This document shows, piece by piece, positions 35,258 through 48,383 of a stretch of 64,000 nucleotides of DNA; position 1 is the first letter of the stretch, and each line of letters begins with the position of its first letter. The DNA lies in assembly GCA_033442325.1 (NCBI GenBank), contig JAWQFM010000001.1:604410-668409 (forward strand). Direction: 5' to 3'. Origin of the DNA: Salpingoeca rosetta (Eukaryota > Protista > Choanoflagellata). The notes beneath the pieces were generated by a model. It was not told the origin of the DNA. It saw nothing but the letters and a program-made list of their open reading frames with translations, and searched no databases. The position numbers were made by a program, and so were the translations under genes.

Positions 35258-38188
35258 TCATTGCGACTGCCCGTGGCTGTTGGCGTTACTGCTGCCGCTG
35301 CCGCTGCCGCTGTTGTTGTTGTTGTTGTGGTAGTTTGAGTGGCCTGGGAGTTCAAACCCAGCACCATCCAGCATGGTGGGAGGCAACCCAAGCTCAAGCA
35401 ACATCTGCTGCTGCGCAGTCCGGGGCTGCTGTGATTGGTGTTGTTGTGATTGGTGTTGTTGCTGTTGCGGTTGTTGTTGCGGTTGCTGTTGCGGTTGTTG
35501 TAGCTGATGTTGCGAAACAGGTAACTGAAGCTGTGGGTCCATGGTGGGGTGTGTTTGAGCAAAGCCATGTTGTTGGTGCTGGTGCTGGTGCTGTGGCTGC
35601 CGTTGTGGTTGTGGTTGTGGTTGTGCGTGTGGCTGCTGCCACATGCCCATGCTTGCAGCGTTGTGACCACCACCACCGCTGGCACCACCACCACCACCAC
35701 CAGTGCTGCCAGTGCTGCTGCTGCTGCCCGCCACGTACGCTGATGGTGGCGGGGCACCAAACGGAAGGCCGGACAGCATCGACCCGCGCAGCAGCTGCTG
35801 CTGCCACAGCATGGCCGGTGTGGCTGCTGCTGTTGCTGACGATGATGACGACGACTGCGGCGCCTGTGGCGAATGCAGTTGCCCCGCACCAAACGGCGGC
35901 GCGGGCTGGTGGTGGCGCGCATCCATCATGCCAGAAAACGGGTGCGGCAGCATGGACGCCTGTTGCTGTGGCTGTTGGTGTTGTTGCATTCGTTGCATGT
36001 GCATGAGCCGCAGCGTTGGTGAGCCCTGCAAGAGGCGGCCCGAGTAGTACAGCTCAAACACGAGCCGATACAGGGTGCGCAGCTCCCGGTTGAGGGTGGC
36101 CATCTCGCGGTTGAGCGCATCACGCCGCTCGTCCTGCTGCGACACCAGCTTGCGCACAATTTCCTTGCGCGTCTTCACCGACTCGCGGTGCTTCTGCGCA
36201 GCGAGCCGGTTCATCTCCCGCAGCCGCTCCTGTTGGTCTGGCGGCAAGTCCTTCATGCGCTTGCGCTTCCGTCTGCGCGCGCTGCTGCCCGTGCTGCTGC
36301 CGCCGCCGCTGCCAGCACTGCCGCTGTGGTGGTGATGGTGGTGATGGCGGTGCAACATGTCCTCCAGGCTCATGTCTGCGCCGCTGCCCGTGTTTGCGCC
36401 CAGGGCGCTTGAGCTGTCGACAGAGAGTGGCGCGGCGTGCTGGCGATCGCCCGTGATGCTGGCCGATGCAGAGCGGTTGCTGCTGGCGTCGTCGGGTGTG
36501 GACCCCGTGCCGTCGCCATCCTGCGGCACACCAACACCGAGCTCGTACCCGCTCCACGCTGCTGCGCCCTCCGCCCTCGCCCGCTGCTTCCGCTTGTCAT
36601 TCTGCTGCTTGTCTGCGCGCTTCAGGGCGGATGCCGTGAGCCCCTGGCCGCGGGTGCGGGACCCGACAGAAGGCGGTGTCGATGCGCCAGACCTAGGCCG
36701 TGATCCGCTCCCCCGCGACGAAGGATTCGATGTTCTGGACGTCAGCAGCGAAACGGCGGGTGGCTGTTGTTGTTGCTGCGGTTGCTGCGGTTGCTGCGGT
36801 TGCTGTTGTTGCTGTTGTTGTTGTTGTTGTTGCTGCTGCTCATCTTCTTCTTGTTGCTGCTGCATGGCTTGAGGTTGCGAGGGCGGCTGCGCTGGCTTCA
36901 GAGCAGGGGCAGCAGATGAAGAGGATGATGACGGCGCAGGTAGCGTCGGCACTTCAAGCGGCGTCAGTTTCAGGGGGCGCCGAAACGGCTGCTCCCTCTG
37001 TTGCTGCTGTTGCTGTTGTTCCTCCTGCTGTTGCTGTTGCTGCTTTGGTTTCTTGGTCACCAGCTCGCCGTCTTCTGATGCATGTGCAGGTGCGGGTGCA
37101 ACTGCTGCTGTGCTGTTGTCGACAGCAACACCGGTCCTGCTCAGCTGTTGATTGTTGTCGCCATCACCGTGGGTGCTAGCATGGTCGTCGGTCAGGGGCG
37201 GTGGCGTGGCGCCAGCCTGGTCGCGAGACGAAGCGTCGTCGGGTGTGGGCAGGGTGCTCGCCTCAGCGGCGGCAGCAGTGGCGTCCGCGGAGTTGTGTGT
37301 AGGCACTCGCGCACCGCGACTGCTAATGCTGCCACCAATACCAGTGTCCGCTTGCAGCGTGGGTGATGATGCTTGTGGTGCAAACGCTGATGCTGCAGTT
37401 GTGGCTGTGGCTGCTGCTGTGGCCGTTGGTTGCTGGGGCTGTTGGAGTTGTCTGGGGCCGGCAGCCGACGTCTTGATGGCGAGGAGGGACGCAGAGTCGT
37501 CCATGTGGTACATGTCGTCATCATCGGTGGTGAGTGGCGTGGCGGTGGCCATGGTGGAGTGCACGCCCCTCATGAGCGCCATGAAGTTTGCGGGCTGGCT
37601 GTTGGACATGTCGTCTGAGCCCGGGCTCAGGCTGGCTTGGCTGCTGGTGCCGGTTGCGCCGCCGCCGAAGAAGCGGAGCATGGCGGACGAGGCGGTTGTG
37701 CTCAGGCCATACTGCACGAGGTCGGATGTGTTCTCGGAAACGGAGGAGCATCGGGAGGGTGCCGTTGACAGGCGGCGGGCCTGTGACATGGTGTTGCTGC
37801 TGCCTCTGCCGTAAAACACGCCACTGATGTCTTCCTCGCTGCCCTTGCGGGTTTGGTGGCCGACACTCATGGTGTCGCTGTGGCCGCGCAAGTGGCCGTC
37901 CTCCTCCTCCTCCTCCTCCTCTGAGTCCCGCTCATCATCACCGTCGTTGCCGGCCTCGTCATCGGTGAGGGCCTCGCGCACATCCTCGGTGATGGTGCAC
38001 GAGCTCTCCTGGAAGGCGGATGTGTTGAAGGCCGAGTTCTCGTTGATGAGGGGCTGGCGCCACGCTGTTCCTTGCTGGAAGCCCAGCGCAGAGCGTGGCC
38101 GGCGCTCAAAGCTGAGTGAGAGCGCGGGCTTGCTCGGCGCAGCATCCGTGCTCTGGAGGTCAAAGAACTCGCGAAACGCGTCCGTCAT
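35258..38188 (-). CDS. bZIP transcription factor with long low-complexity regions, single coding exon
   Basis: Basic region ERLREMNRLAAQKHRESVK followed by a heptad zipper (LVSQQDERRDALNREMATLNRELRTL) at about 36070-36230. Upstream RRRKRKR NLS, polyH and polyQ. First in-frame ATG at 38188. Confidence 0.85.
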   Translation of the reverse strand: MTDAFREFFDLQSTDAAPSKPALSLSFERRPRSALGFQQGTAWRQPLINENSAFNTSAFQESSCTITEDVREALTDDEAGNDGDDERDSEEEEEEEDGHLRGHSDTMSVGHQTRKGSEEDISGVFYGRGSSNTMSQARRLSTAPSRCSSVSENTSDLVQYGLSTTASSAMLRFFGGGATGTSSQASLSPGSDDMSNSQPANFMALMRGVHSTMATATPLTTDDDDMYHMDDSASLLAIKTSAAGPRQLQQPQQPTATAAATATTAASAFAPQASSPTLQADTGIGGSISSRGARVPTHNSADATAAAAEASTLPTPDDASSRDQAGATPPPLTDDHASTHGDGDNNQQLSRTGVAVDNSTAAVAPAPAHASEDGELVTKKPKQQQQQQEEQQQQQQQREQPFRRPLKLTPLEVPTLPAPSSSSSSAAPALKPAQPPSQPQAMQQQQEEDEQQQQQQQQQQQQQPQQPQQPQQQQQPPAVSLLTSRTSNPSSRGSGSRPRSGASTPPSVGSRTRGQGLTASALKRADKQQNDKRKQRARAEGAAAWSGYELGVGVPQDGDGTGSTPDDASSNRSASASITGDRQHAAPLSVDSSSALGANTGSGADMSLEDMLHRHHHHHHHSGSAGSGGGSSTGSSARRRKRKRMKDLPPDQQERLREMNRLAAQKHRESVKTRKEIVRKLVSQQDERRDALNREMATLNRELRTLYRLVFELYYSGRLLQGSPTLRLMHMQRMQQHQQPQQQASMLPHPFSGMMDARHHQPAPPFGAGQLHSPQAPQSSSSSSATAAATPAMLWQQQLLRGSMLSGLPFGAPPPSAYVAGSSSSTGSTGGGGGGASGGGGHNAASMGMWQQPHAQPQPQPQRQPQHQHQHQQHGFAQTHPTMDPQLQLPVSQHQLQQPQQQPQQQPQQQQHQSQQHQSQQPRTAQQQMLLELGLPPTMLDGAGFELPGHSNYHNNNNNSGSGSGSSNANSHGQSQ

Positions 38189-38306
38189 CCTCACAAAAAG
38201 GGGAGGTGGACCGTGACCGCGAGGCGGAGTTGTGTGTTGTGTTGTGTGGCTGTGTCGATGTTGTATGTCTGTGGGTTGTTGTGTTGTGTGTCTGTCTGTG
38301 TCGGTG

Positions 38307-38390
38307 TTGGTGCCGGGGTTGGCTGCTTGGTGCCGGGGTTGGCTGCTTGGTGCCGGGGTTGGCTGCTTGGTGCCGGGGTTGGCTGCTTGG
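38307..38390. repeat. 20-bp minisatellite (ttggtgccggggttggctgc) x4 in the bZIP leader
   Basis: Four near-perfect tandem copies with no spacers. Confidence 0.9.
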
Positions 38391-39462
38391 TGGTGTGGAT
38401 GGGAAGAGCAGCGATGGCTGAATGAAGGAGCGGCCGTGGTGCTGGTATGGGTGTGTGTGTGTGTGTGTGTTGATGCGTCGAAAGGGAAAGGGAAGGGGGG
38501 AGAACGGCAGGAGGGAGATCCAAATGGGAACCGATGCAAGCGCTTGTCAACTTGTGGAATGGCACGCAAAAGCAACACAAGCAGCAACCAACTCACGAGT
38601 GGTTGTTGTTGTGCGCAGATGAAGAACAAGAACAAGAAGAAGCAAAGAAGACAGGCACACGCAACAAAACAACAAAAGAGGGTGGGTGGAACCGATGCAA
38701 CCTCCTCCTCCTTCTGTGTCGTGGTGGTGGTGGTGGGAGAAGCAAAAAGAAGGGGAAGGAAGGAGGGGGGAAGGAAATACGCCCGCAGCGAGCGGTGACT
38801 GCTGCGCTGTGTGAGGTTGCTGCGCTGGTGCGTGCGTGCGTGGTCGCCTGTCACACTTCTCGCACTCGCACACAGTAAGGCAAGTGTCGCGACAACGCGA
38901 TCGCGGACAATGAAAGCTTCTCACTCATTTCGTCAAGTCAGAGGCGCAGGAGAATTCACGGAAGTTTTCGCAGATTCCCGGACGTGACGTCGCGAGGCCT
39001 GAGTCTTGCATAAGGGCATGTCGACGATTATTTATGATTTCAAACAACAGCCGAATTCAAGGTGGACATACGCTCTCAGGCCTCGCAAACACAAAGGTTG
39101 GGGAAGTGTTGTCAGTGGCGAACGGCGCTGACGCAAGCAGCAACGGAAAAAGAGACAGTCACAGGAAGCAACAAGAGACAGCGAGACAGCGAGACAGCGA
39201 GGGGAACACACACGCACACTTGGCAACGCTAGAGTTATCCACCACCACCACTCTACATACACACATACAGACACACAAATACGCCAAAGTCTACTACACA
39301 CCTACACACACACATACACGCGCGCGCAGCAACAGCAGCAACAGCAGCAACAGCAGCAACAGCAGCAACAGCAGCAACAGCAGCAACAGCAGCAACAGCA
39401 GCAACAGCAGCGCTGCATGCACGACGTGGTCAAGCGTTCACGCGTCTGTGATGCCTGAAGAG

Positions 39463-40540
39463 TCAAAAGTGGTAGTGGCAGATCTTCCAGTTGTTGGCAA
39501 TGTCCTCAATGGCGGCCCAGATGCCGAGGCCACAGCCGGCCACGGCAATGAGGATGAGCAGCGAGTTGAAAGCCGCCTTCGCGCCGGAGCTGGTCGCCTT
39601 GGTCATCAACGTCCAGAAGATGACCGGCACGAAGAAACTGAGGCTGAAGATGCCCAGGCTGCTGTACACGTTCATCAGGTCCGAGAAGAACGGAATCAGG
39701 GCGCCAATCACAAACACAATCCCCATGATGGCCGTGGCCACCACGCCCCACCGCAGCGCAACGCCGGCCCTGGTCACGTGCGGGTTGCGCTCCAGCCCGG
39801 GCCAGAACGTCTCAAAGAAGAACTTGGTCACCACCGTGCTGTTGATGCAGTAGGCTACAGCCACGTGGATGAACAGGCACACGTTCACCAGGATCCGCAC
39901 CCACGTGTCTGGCAGCGTCGCCGTAATGATGCTCGACACGCTCTCCCCATAGATCGAATACCCAAGGAACCTGTGCGTGTGCATGTGTGTGTTTGTTGGG
40001 GGTGGGGGTGTGAATGTATATATGCGCGGGTGTGTGTGTGTGTTGGGTGTGTGTGTATGCATATATGCGTGCGTGCGTGTGTGCGTGTGTTTTGGGGGTA
40101 CGTGAATGTATATACATATATATGTGTGTGCGTGTGCGTGCGTGCGTGCGTGTGCGTGTGTGTGTGTGTGAGGAGAAGAGAAATGGCACATGAGCCAACC
40201 AAGGGAGAGGGAGCGAGCGCATGTGCAGATACACGCGAGCAACAGCCAAGATTTGACCCCTCCCCCGCTTCCAAGCAAGCGAAGAGATCAGGTGGTGGCG
40301 TGACGCACCCGACAATGGCGTAGTTGACAAACATAAAGGACTGGGACAGATAGATGGCTTTGGGCCACTCGCTTGGCTTCTCCATGACACCCTGGATATC
40401 AACCATCAGCACGTGCCCGCCATACGCAAACGCCATCTGCGTCAGCCCGTTCACAAAGTCACGCAGGCTGTCCGGCGTCAACCTGTCATCGCAGAAGGCA
40501 GCGAGGGGGAAGTGTGTGTGTGTGTGCATGTGCATGTGCA

Positions 40541-40586
<46 letters not shown>

Positions 40587-42919
40587 AGATGTACGCCGTC
40601 GAATCAAACAAGTGCTGGAGACTTCATGCTTGTGTGGCAGTGAGCGCGAAGCATGCTGTAAAACATGTGTGGTCAGCAATGGTGTCACTTACGACGTGGC
40701 ATGCGAGACGGTGCTGTGATGATGGTGCTGCGTTGACTCTGTGATGCGGACCAGGACGGGAGAGAAGGGCGCATGATGAGCGAGGCAACGTGCGTGTGAA
40801 ACTACGAGGTGCAGAGAAAACAAATTGCAAACAGTCACGTCCACGCATACTCAACACTCACACACACGTACACATGTACAGCACACACATACACACACAA
40901 CACACACACACACAACACACACACGCATACACACACACGCACACACACAGGTACACACAAAAGCAAGCCCACGCACCCCAGATGAGGCGGCCAAGGACAA
41001 TAAAGTTTACGACGGCGATGGTGGACACGCCAATGTAGCTCACAATGCCCGTGTCCGACAGCGACCTGGCACGTGTGGCGATACAGCCCAAGCACAAGCG
41101 TCAACGCCAACACCAATCAACCAACAAAACGCACCGCCGGTACAGCGCTCCCACAAGGCCGAAAGCATGCGCAGCAGTGCCAACAACACCAAGGCCACAG
41201 CAGCATCAAAACAGCTACCACCACCACCGCCACCACCACCACCGCCACCTGATGTGGATGAGCGGGTAGAGAATGGCGGCCGCAATGACGAGCCAGACGT
41301 TGTCGCTAAAGTCAGCGCTGCCGTGGTGCGTGCACGAGTCTGACCCGCACTGCGAAGGCAGCGTCGAGTTGGCCGTGCTGTTGCTCGTGTCGCACTCTTG
41401 GAAGATCTGGCAGGGCGTGTGTGTTAGTATGTGTACGTTTGGACAACGGTGGGACACAAGCAGCAGTGTGAATCGGCGCTGTCAAAGATACACTTGTCAG
41501 CATGACCAGCAGCACAACCAAGAGGACAGATGTGTGAACCGCAAACATCCGCCCGAAACCACGCGGCTGAAGTATTAGTGCACACACACACGCGCACACA
41601 CAATCGCACACGCAGCCGCACCTGCATGAGAGACAGCTTGCAAGTTGTCAGGTAGATGGTGCACGAGCCAATGATGTAGATGTAGCCGATGATCTGCACA
41701 ATTACACACACACACACACACAGCGTGAGATGTTGACAGTTCACGAAGAACATTTCCCAACATGCCCAGCGTACGTGAGGAGGCGAAGCAGAACAGAAGC
41801 GACAACAACGAGGTCGTTCGTACACACACACACACACACATATGCACGCACACAAGCATGCACTCAGATGCAAAAGCTGGTCCCCCCCCCCACACACACA
41901 CACACACACACATGCACGCACACACACACACACACACACACAAGCACAAGCACACACACACACACACGCACACACAAGCACAAGCACGCACTCAGATGCA
42001 AAAGCTAGTTCCCCCCCACCCACACACACACGCACACGTGCAGAGCATCTCACCTGGCAAAAGTACTTCCAGAAGCTGCCGCTGTTGGAGACCTTGGCCA
42101 CCTTCTCTGCCAACTGACCATCTGCACGCCGACACGTCATGTATGAGCGCAAGAGTGAACACAGGACGGGACACAATCGTCGTGGCTCAACATGTCGCGC
42201 ACACACGCAAACACGCACAAGCACGCACACACGCACAAGCACGCACACAGGGAAGTTGCCACAGGCACGACGTACAGTTGACAATGTGGTCGTCGCCGCC
42301 CCGCAGCCATCCAAGGATCAGACCGCCGTAACTGCAAGAAGGCGGTCAGGTGCACGTGAGCTCAGAATCACAAGCACAACCGCCAACACAAGCACAAACA
42401 CACATGGACATACACACAAGCAGACGTACTTACACGCTGTAAAGGGTGATGAGGACCAAGGTGATGATAGAGCCAATCCAGCCCATCTTGGCACATGCAT
42501 ATGGCAGGCCCAGCACACCTGCACCAAGCATGTTTGCCACAATGATGCTGGCACTGTATGCGCAAAGCACATGGATATGGCACGGATAAGGAATGCGTGA
42601 GTGCTCAAGCGCATGTGCAACCAAAAAAGTACACACACACACACACACACACACATACACACACACATACACACACACAAGACAAGGGGTGACACGGGAC
42701 AAGGAATCGAACGGAGGAGTCTGGAACCAACTAGCGTTCAGACCAGAATACACACACACGCACACACACACACACACGCTCGCTCGACACCAGCACTCAC
42801 CTGGAGAACCATGTTGTGCCTTTCTTGCCGCCGTGAGGATGGGCAGGCTGTGCCGCCTCCACGTTCTCATACTGCACGGTTGAATCATAGTTCAACAGCG
42901 CCTCGTGTTCAGAACCCAT
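39463..42919 (-). CDS. Transmembrane amino-acid transporter (AAAP/Aa_trans family)
   Basis: GTTWFSS|ASIIVANMLGAGVLGLPYACAKMGWIG, MAFAYGGHVLMVDIQGVMEKPSEW, FLGYSIYG, IPFFSDLMNVYSSLG. About 11 hydrophobic segments across the spliced exons. Confidence 0.92.
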
Positions 42920-42981
42920 GCCTGCCTGACTGCCTGCTTGTGGTTGTCACAATCCTGCTGTGTATGCTCAAAACCTACTTT

Positions 42982-43022
<41 letters not shown>

Positions 43023-43643
43023 AACATGTCGTGAGCTCACGTTGCCAGGATAAGCAAGCAGAGCAAAGCCGCTGGCACGCTGGCAGCGCGCGATCAAAAC
43101 CACAGCACAGTACCCACCCAAGCAAAAGAGCGCAAGGTCACATCACACCATCATCACATCCATCAGCACACACCGCGTCTTCTCCAAACAACACACACAA
43201 ACACACACACCTTCGCTGCTCCAAAATTCTGCTAGACTGAAGTCAGTCGATTCGGACAAATGAATGGACCATTTCTCCCATTTTCACCAAGCGCTGTTGT
43301 TTGTGTGGCGTCCTTCCTCACTCGCATCATTTCCTCTCTGCCTTGTTGTTCCTTGCCTTGCAGCCACCCAGCCACCCAACATCGCAGCACACCATCCCCC
43401 AACAGCTGCCTCTCTGTGAGCAGCGAGGTTTTCCTCAGTCTATCCAGCTCGCTGGCTGGCTGCGGCCTTTTTGCTTTCTCTCTTCTCCACACCATTGTGT
43501 CCTTTCGCCACCGTCTCACTCCTTTCACCACCTAAGTCACGGACCACCTCCACCACCAGTGGCTGCCCATTTTGATTTTCCCAACCAGCAGCAGAAAGCA
43601 CAGCACCACCGCCACCACCAGTGCATGTGTCCGCTGGACCGAA

Positions 43644-46129
43644 ATGGAACACGGGTCCCGCGAAGCAGGTCGGCCAAGGGCCATGGCCGCCTCAGCTTCG
43701 CTGCGCATTCACAGCAACGACGACAACCACGAGGACGCCGTCGTTGTGTCCGTTGAGCCCCAAGAATCAACGCCACAGCCAGAGGCAACCACAGCGTCAT
43801 CCACGACCATGAACAGCGGCGGCGGCAGCACCGCAACCAGCACTGGCCCAAGGTCTTGTTGTCATGCCAGTAATGGCCAACCGCCCCAAATGGAAGGCAG
43901 CTCCATCACCACTCCCGCCACCAACGACGCCGCCGCCTCCACTGCACCACACCGCTTACAAGGACTAGTGCAGTTGGACCGCAGCTTTGTGGAGCTGGAA
44001 CACACCAGCTGTACAGACACCAATCCAGTCAACACCCTCCTGCGTGCGTGCCGTGAAGGAAACCTGGCAGAGGTGGAGCAGCTGCTCATCACGCACGGCT
44101 GCGGCCTGCTGCAGAGCGCCACCAACGAGCACACGTGCCCTTTGGCCGAGGCCGCACTCAGCGGCAAGCGCATCGTGTGCGAGGTGGTCATTGCCCAGGA
44201 TCGCGACCAGCTCGCATGGACAAACGCCAGCAACGAGACGGTGCTCTTCAACGCCGCGCTGGGCGGCAGTGTGGACGTGTTCTCGCTCCTCGTCAGCGAA
44301 GGCAGCCTCAACTGCACCCACCGCAACACCCAGGGCACGTCCCCGATTTTCTTCGCCGCCGCGCGCGGCAAGCTCGACATTGTGCGCTGGATCTGTCGCC
44401 ACGCGCGCGGGGTGCTGCGCCACACCAACGACCAACGCGAATCCTTTGCCAGCGTCGCCTGCAAGAAAGGCCGCATGAACATCGTGGAGTGGCTCGTCTC
44501 AAAGAAGGTGGACCTGTCCAACTTCCACATTGCCAGCGAGTCGCCCTTCCTCGTCGCCTGCCGTGCCGGCCGCCACGACGTCGTCACCTTCCTTCTCGAG
44601 CGCAACGTGTCCCTGGAACCGCATCGCTCTGCGTTTACGGACGAGGCCTCCAACGCGCTCGCCGCCTGCGCCATGGGCGGGCACGACGACCTGGTTGCCC
44701 TCTTCCTGGAGAAGCACGTGTTCACCGTGCAGTCGTATGTGGAGGCGCTCAACAAGGCCGTCACCAGCAACTTCCCTCACATTGCCCTGCAGATCTTCAA
44801 CGCCATTGACGCGGGCAAGATCCACCATCCGTTTGACTTTGCCGGGCACACCCTGGGCGTGCTCATCCGACACGGCCACCCACGCCACGCGGCGCGGCTG
44901 CTGCAGCAGCACGACAAGCACGAGCGGTTTGCGCAGGGCTTGGTGCAGTTCCTCATCCCCGCCGTGCGCTCCGGCCGCCTGGACATGGTCAAGTGGGTGG
45001 TGAGCACAGACATTGCGCGCAGGGAGACGGGTGCAGCCGCTGCGGTGCAGATGATGCGGCGCCTCTCCATACGCGGGCGGCCCGCCAAGTACCAGAGCCC
45101 CTCCGCACGCGAGCTTGCCGCCGCGCTGGCGGGATGCGAGCACATGCCGGCCATTGTGCACGAGGGCCTGAAGGAAGCCCGCTTCCACCTCGTCAAGTGG
45201 CTCACCATCACGCTTCGCCTGCCTGCGTCCGCCTTCATCTGGGAGCGCGGCACCGCTCTGCACATGGCTGCTGCCGCCGGGCACACAGAGGCGGCGTTCT
45301 TCTTCGCCGAGCACATGCACCTGCCGGCAGACAAGCCCGACGTGAACGGCAACCGGCCCCTGCACCTCGCTGCCCGCGCGGGCGCCACCGCCATCGTCCG
45401 CCTCCTCCTCGTGAGCGGGGCAGACCTCGCCGCGCGAAACAAGGCCGACAGGCAGCCGCTGGGGATGGCCCTGCTGCACGACCGCGACCTGACGGCGCAC
45501 GTGTTGCGAGAGGCGCCTTCCCTCACCCCCGTGCACGTTGCCCTGGCAGGTCACATGCATGGCCTCTTGGCAGACAGGCTGCGGCGTGGCGTGCTCAATC
45601 CAGAAACGGCTCTCAACGACCCGGCATTTGGGGCCGCTATGCCCACGTTTGTGCAGCTCGCGCGCAACATGATTCGTGCGCCGCCACTGGCCATGTCGAA
45701 TGTCAACGACCGCTTGGAGGCGCTGCTGCGGAGTAACAACGACAACGACGATGGTGGTGGTGGCGTTGATGATGGTGATGGTGAAAGCGGCAGCAGTGGC
45801 AGTGAAGGGGATGGTGACGGCGGCGATTATGTGCACGACATTGACGCCGACGACGATGATGATGGTGACGACGATGGCAGTGCCGATGCCCTGGCGAGCG
45901 AGACCAGCAGCGCCATTGGAGGCGCCAGTGGTGGCGGCGGTGACGAGGCGATTGTGCACCATCACGTGACCTCACTCTTCGCTCAACCGATACCCTCCAT
46001 CGCTTCCGCTTCATCATCTTCGTCATCTTCATCGTCGTCATCGGCCCATGCCCCAACACCCACGACAACACCCACAACAACACCAGCACTGACAGCAGCA
46101 TCAACAGCTAGTAGCCTCCCACAGCCATC

Positions 46130-46166
<37 letters not shown>

Positions 46167-46577
46167 ACACTGCGGCGGCGAAGGAAGAAAAAGAAAAGGG
46201 CAGTGCCAGGTCCGCTCGCAGACGGGACGATGGTTCCAACAACTATCACGCGAACGGAGCTGCTTCGTGGCGGCGGGGGCGGTTATGATGCGACCGTTCT
46301 GCCAGCACTGGACGCGCCCGTCTCTGTGACCCTTCTTGGCGCATCGCAGGGCCCCCTGCCCCGCCGCGTGTGTGTTGATGTGCTGCGAACCCTCAACATG
46401 GCCATCAACATCTCACGGCCGTGGAACCCAAGCAACCACCGCCTGTTCCCAACAGCGTACAGGCACCTCGTGTTTAAGTTGCTGCTCTGCTTCATGCACG
46501 AGCGTTTCAGCGATGTGCCGCAGGAGCACGTGTTTGCCATCATCAAACACATGACCCGCGCAGCCATCCAGCAGTAG
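43644..46577 (+). CDS. Ankyrin repeat protein with acidic/Ser-rich linker and C-terminal F-box-like tail, intronless
   Basis: Many ankyrin repeats (GTSPIFFAAARGKLDIVRW, GTALHMAAAAGH, GNRPLHLAARAGATAIVRLLLVSGAD). C-terminal WNPSNHRLFP...DVPQEHVFAIIKHM. Confidence 0.88.
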
Positions 46578-46917
46578 TAACACTTTTGGCTTGGTGTATG
46601 TGTCTGTGTGTGCATGTGTGTGGGCGGTCGGGGGGAGGGAGAGTGTGTTGATATGCGTGCGTCCTCACTCGCTCTCCGCGGCGTTGCATTTGGGTTTCTG
46701 TATCTGGGTGTTTCTGCTGTCGCTTGCAATTGCGTGCACGTGGTTTTGCTTTGCACACTGTCCAAAATATGCCTGCGTTCCCTTCTTCTTGACATTTGTT
46801 CACGTTGAGCGAGCTATGGTCGTTTATGGCCATCCGTAAATGGAGTCGATGAACATTTGTCAAATCACATCACATCACTGCGAGGGGAACAAGAATGAAA
46901 ACACCACAAAAAGTGCT

Positions 46918-47147
<230 letters not shown>

Positions 47148-47359
47148 ACAAGAAAGTGGCGAAGGCTGGTCGTACAAGCATTGCAAAAGCATGTGGTTGT
47201 ACGACCAAGACACATCCAACGAAAAGGCATGTGAGCATCGTGCGCGAGGGTGCATGTGTGGTCGTGGCGATAAAGTCGAGAAAGCTCTCGTTCACGGCAC
47301 TTCATGTCACACATGTGTTGGCGTCCATGATACCACATGCCAATAGCACCGCACCGCTG

Positions 47360-47707
47360 TCACGACTGCTGTGTTGCTGATTCCTCCTCCTTCACCACCT
47401 CAACGGAACCATCCTCATCCTCATCCTCATCCTGTCGCTCCTGCTGCTGCTTTTCGTGCTGTCCGCTCTCATCGTCACCGGTATCATCACTCCCGCTGCC
47501 CTTCCCCTTCTTGTTCTTCCGCGTCTCCCCATCACCCGCTTTGTCGGCATCAGCACCCTTGCCCTTTGTCTTCCCTTCGCCCTTTGCGTCGACCGATTTC
47601 CGTGGCCGCCGCACGTCTGCGCTTCCCGTCTTGAAGATGCGCACAAGCAGTGGAATGTCCACCCATTTGCGCGGGAACAGCGGCACAACCATCTCCTTCA
47701 GATAGTC

Positions 47708-47778
<71 letters not shown>

Positions 47779-48332
47779 GTGTGTGTAAATGTGTTTGTGT
47801 GTGTAAATGTGTTTGTGTGTGTAAATGTGTGTAAATGTGTGTGTGTGTGTTTGACAGTCAAACAAGATGTAGATGCCTTGATTGCATCCAAAAGTCACAA
47901 GCCCCGACTGCCACAATCAGCACTGCCACCACCGCTGTGTACCGGAGCTGCTGGTCGGGTGCTGTGCCTGATTTCCGTCGCCGCTTTTCCTGCGCCGAAA
48001 TCAACTCCATCTCCACGCTGCACAGTCTCTGCAACTACACACACACACACACACGCACACACGGCGTGCGTACATGCAGGTAGTCTACGTGTGAGGTGCG
48101 ACATCATGCAGAGTGTACAAGCACAACCAACACACACACACACATAAAAAAAGAGAGAAGATGGAAATGAGTATGCGTACCTCTGCCACAAACGTTGCAC
48201 TCCAGTCAAACTTGTACTTGAACACCTTCCGCTTCGGTTTCTGCAACAGGAAAATGGAGAGACGAGGCAGCAGCGGCATTCGAGCCGATCAAACACACGC
48301 AATTATGAGCACTACAAAAGCAAATGCATGCA

Positions 48333-48383
<51 letters not shown>

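Noticed and set aside
38307-38390. 20-bp repeats as a CRISPR-like array
   Set aside because: No spacers, no cas genes, and eukaryotic context.
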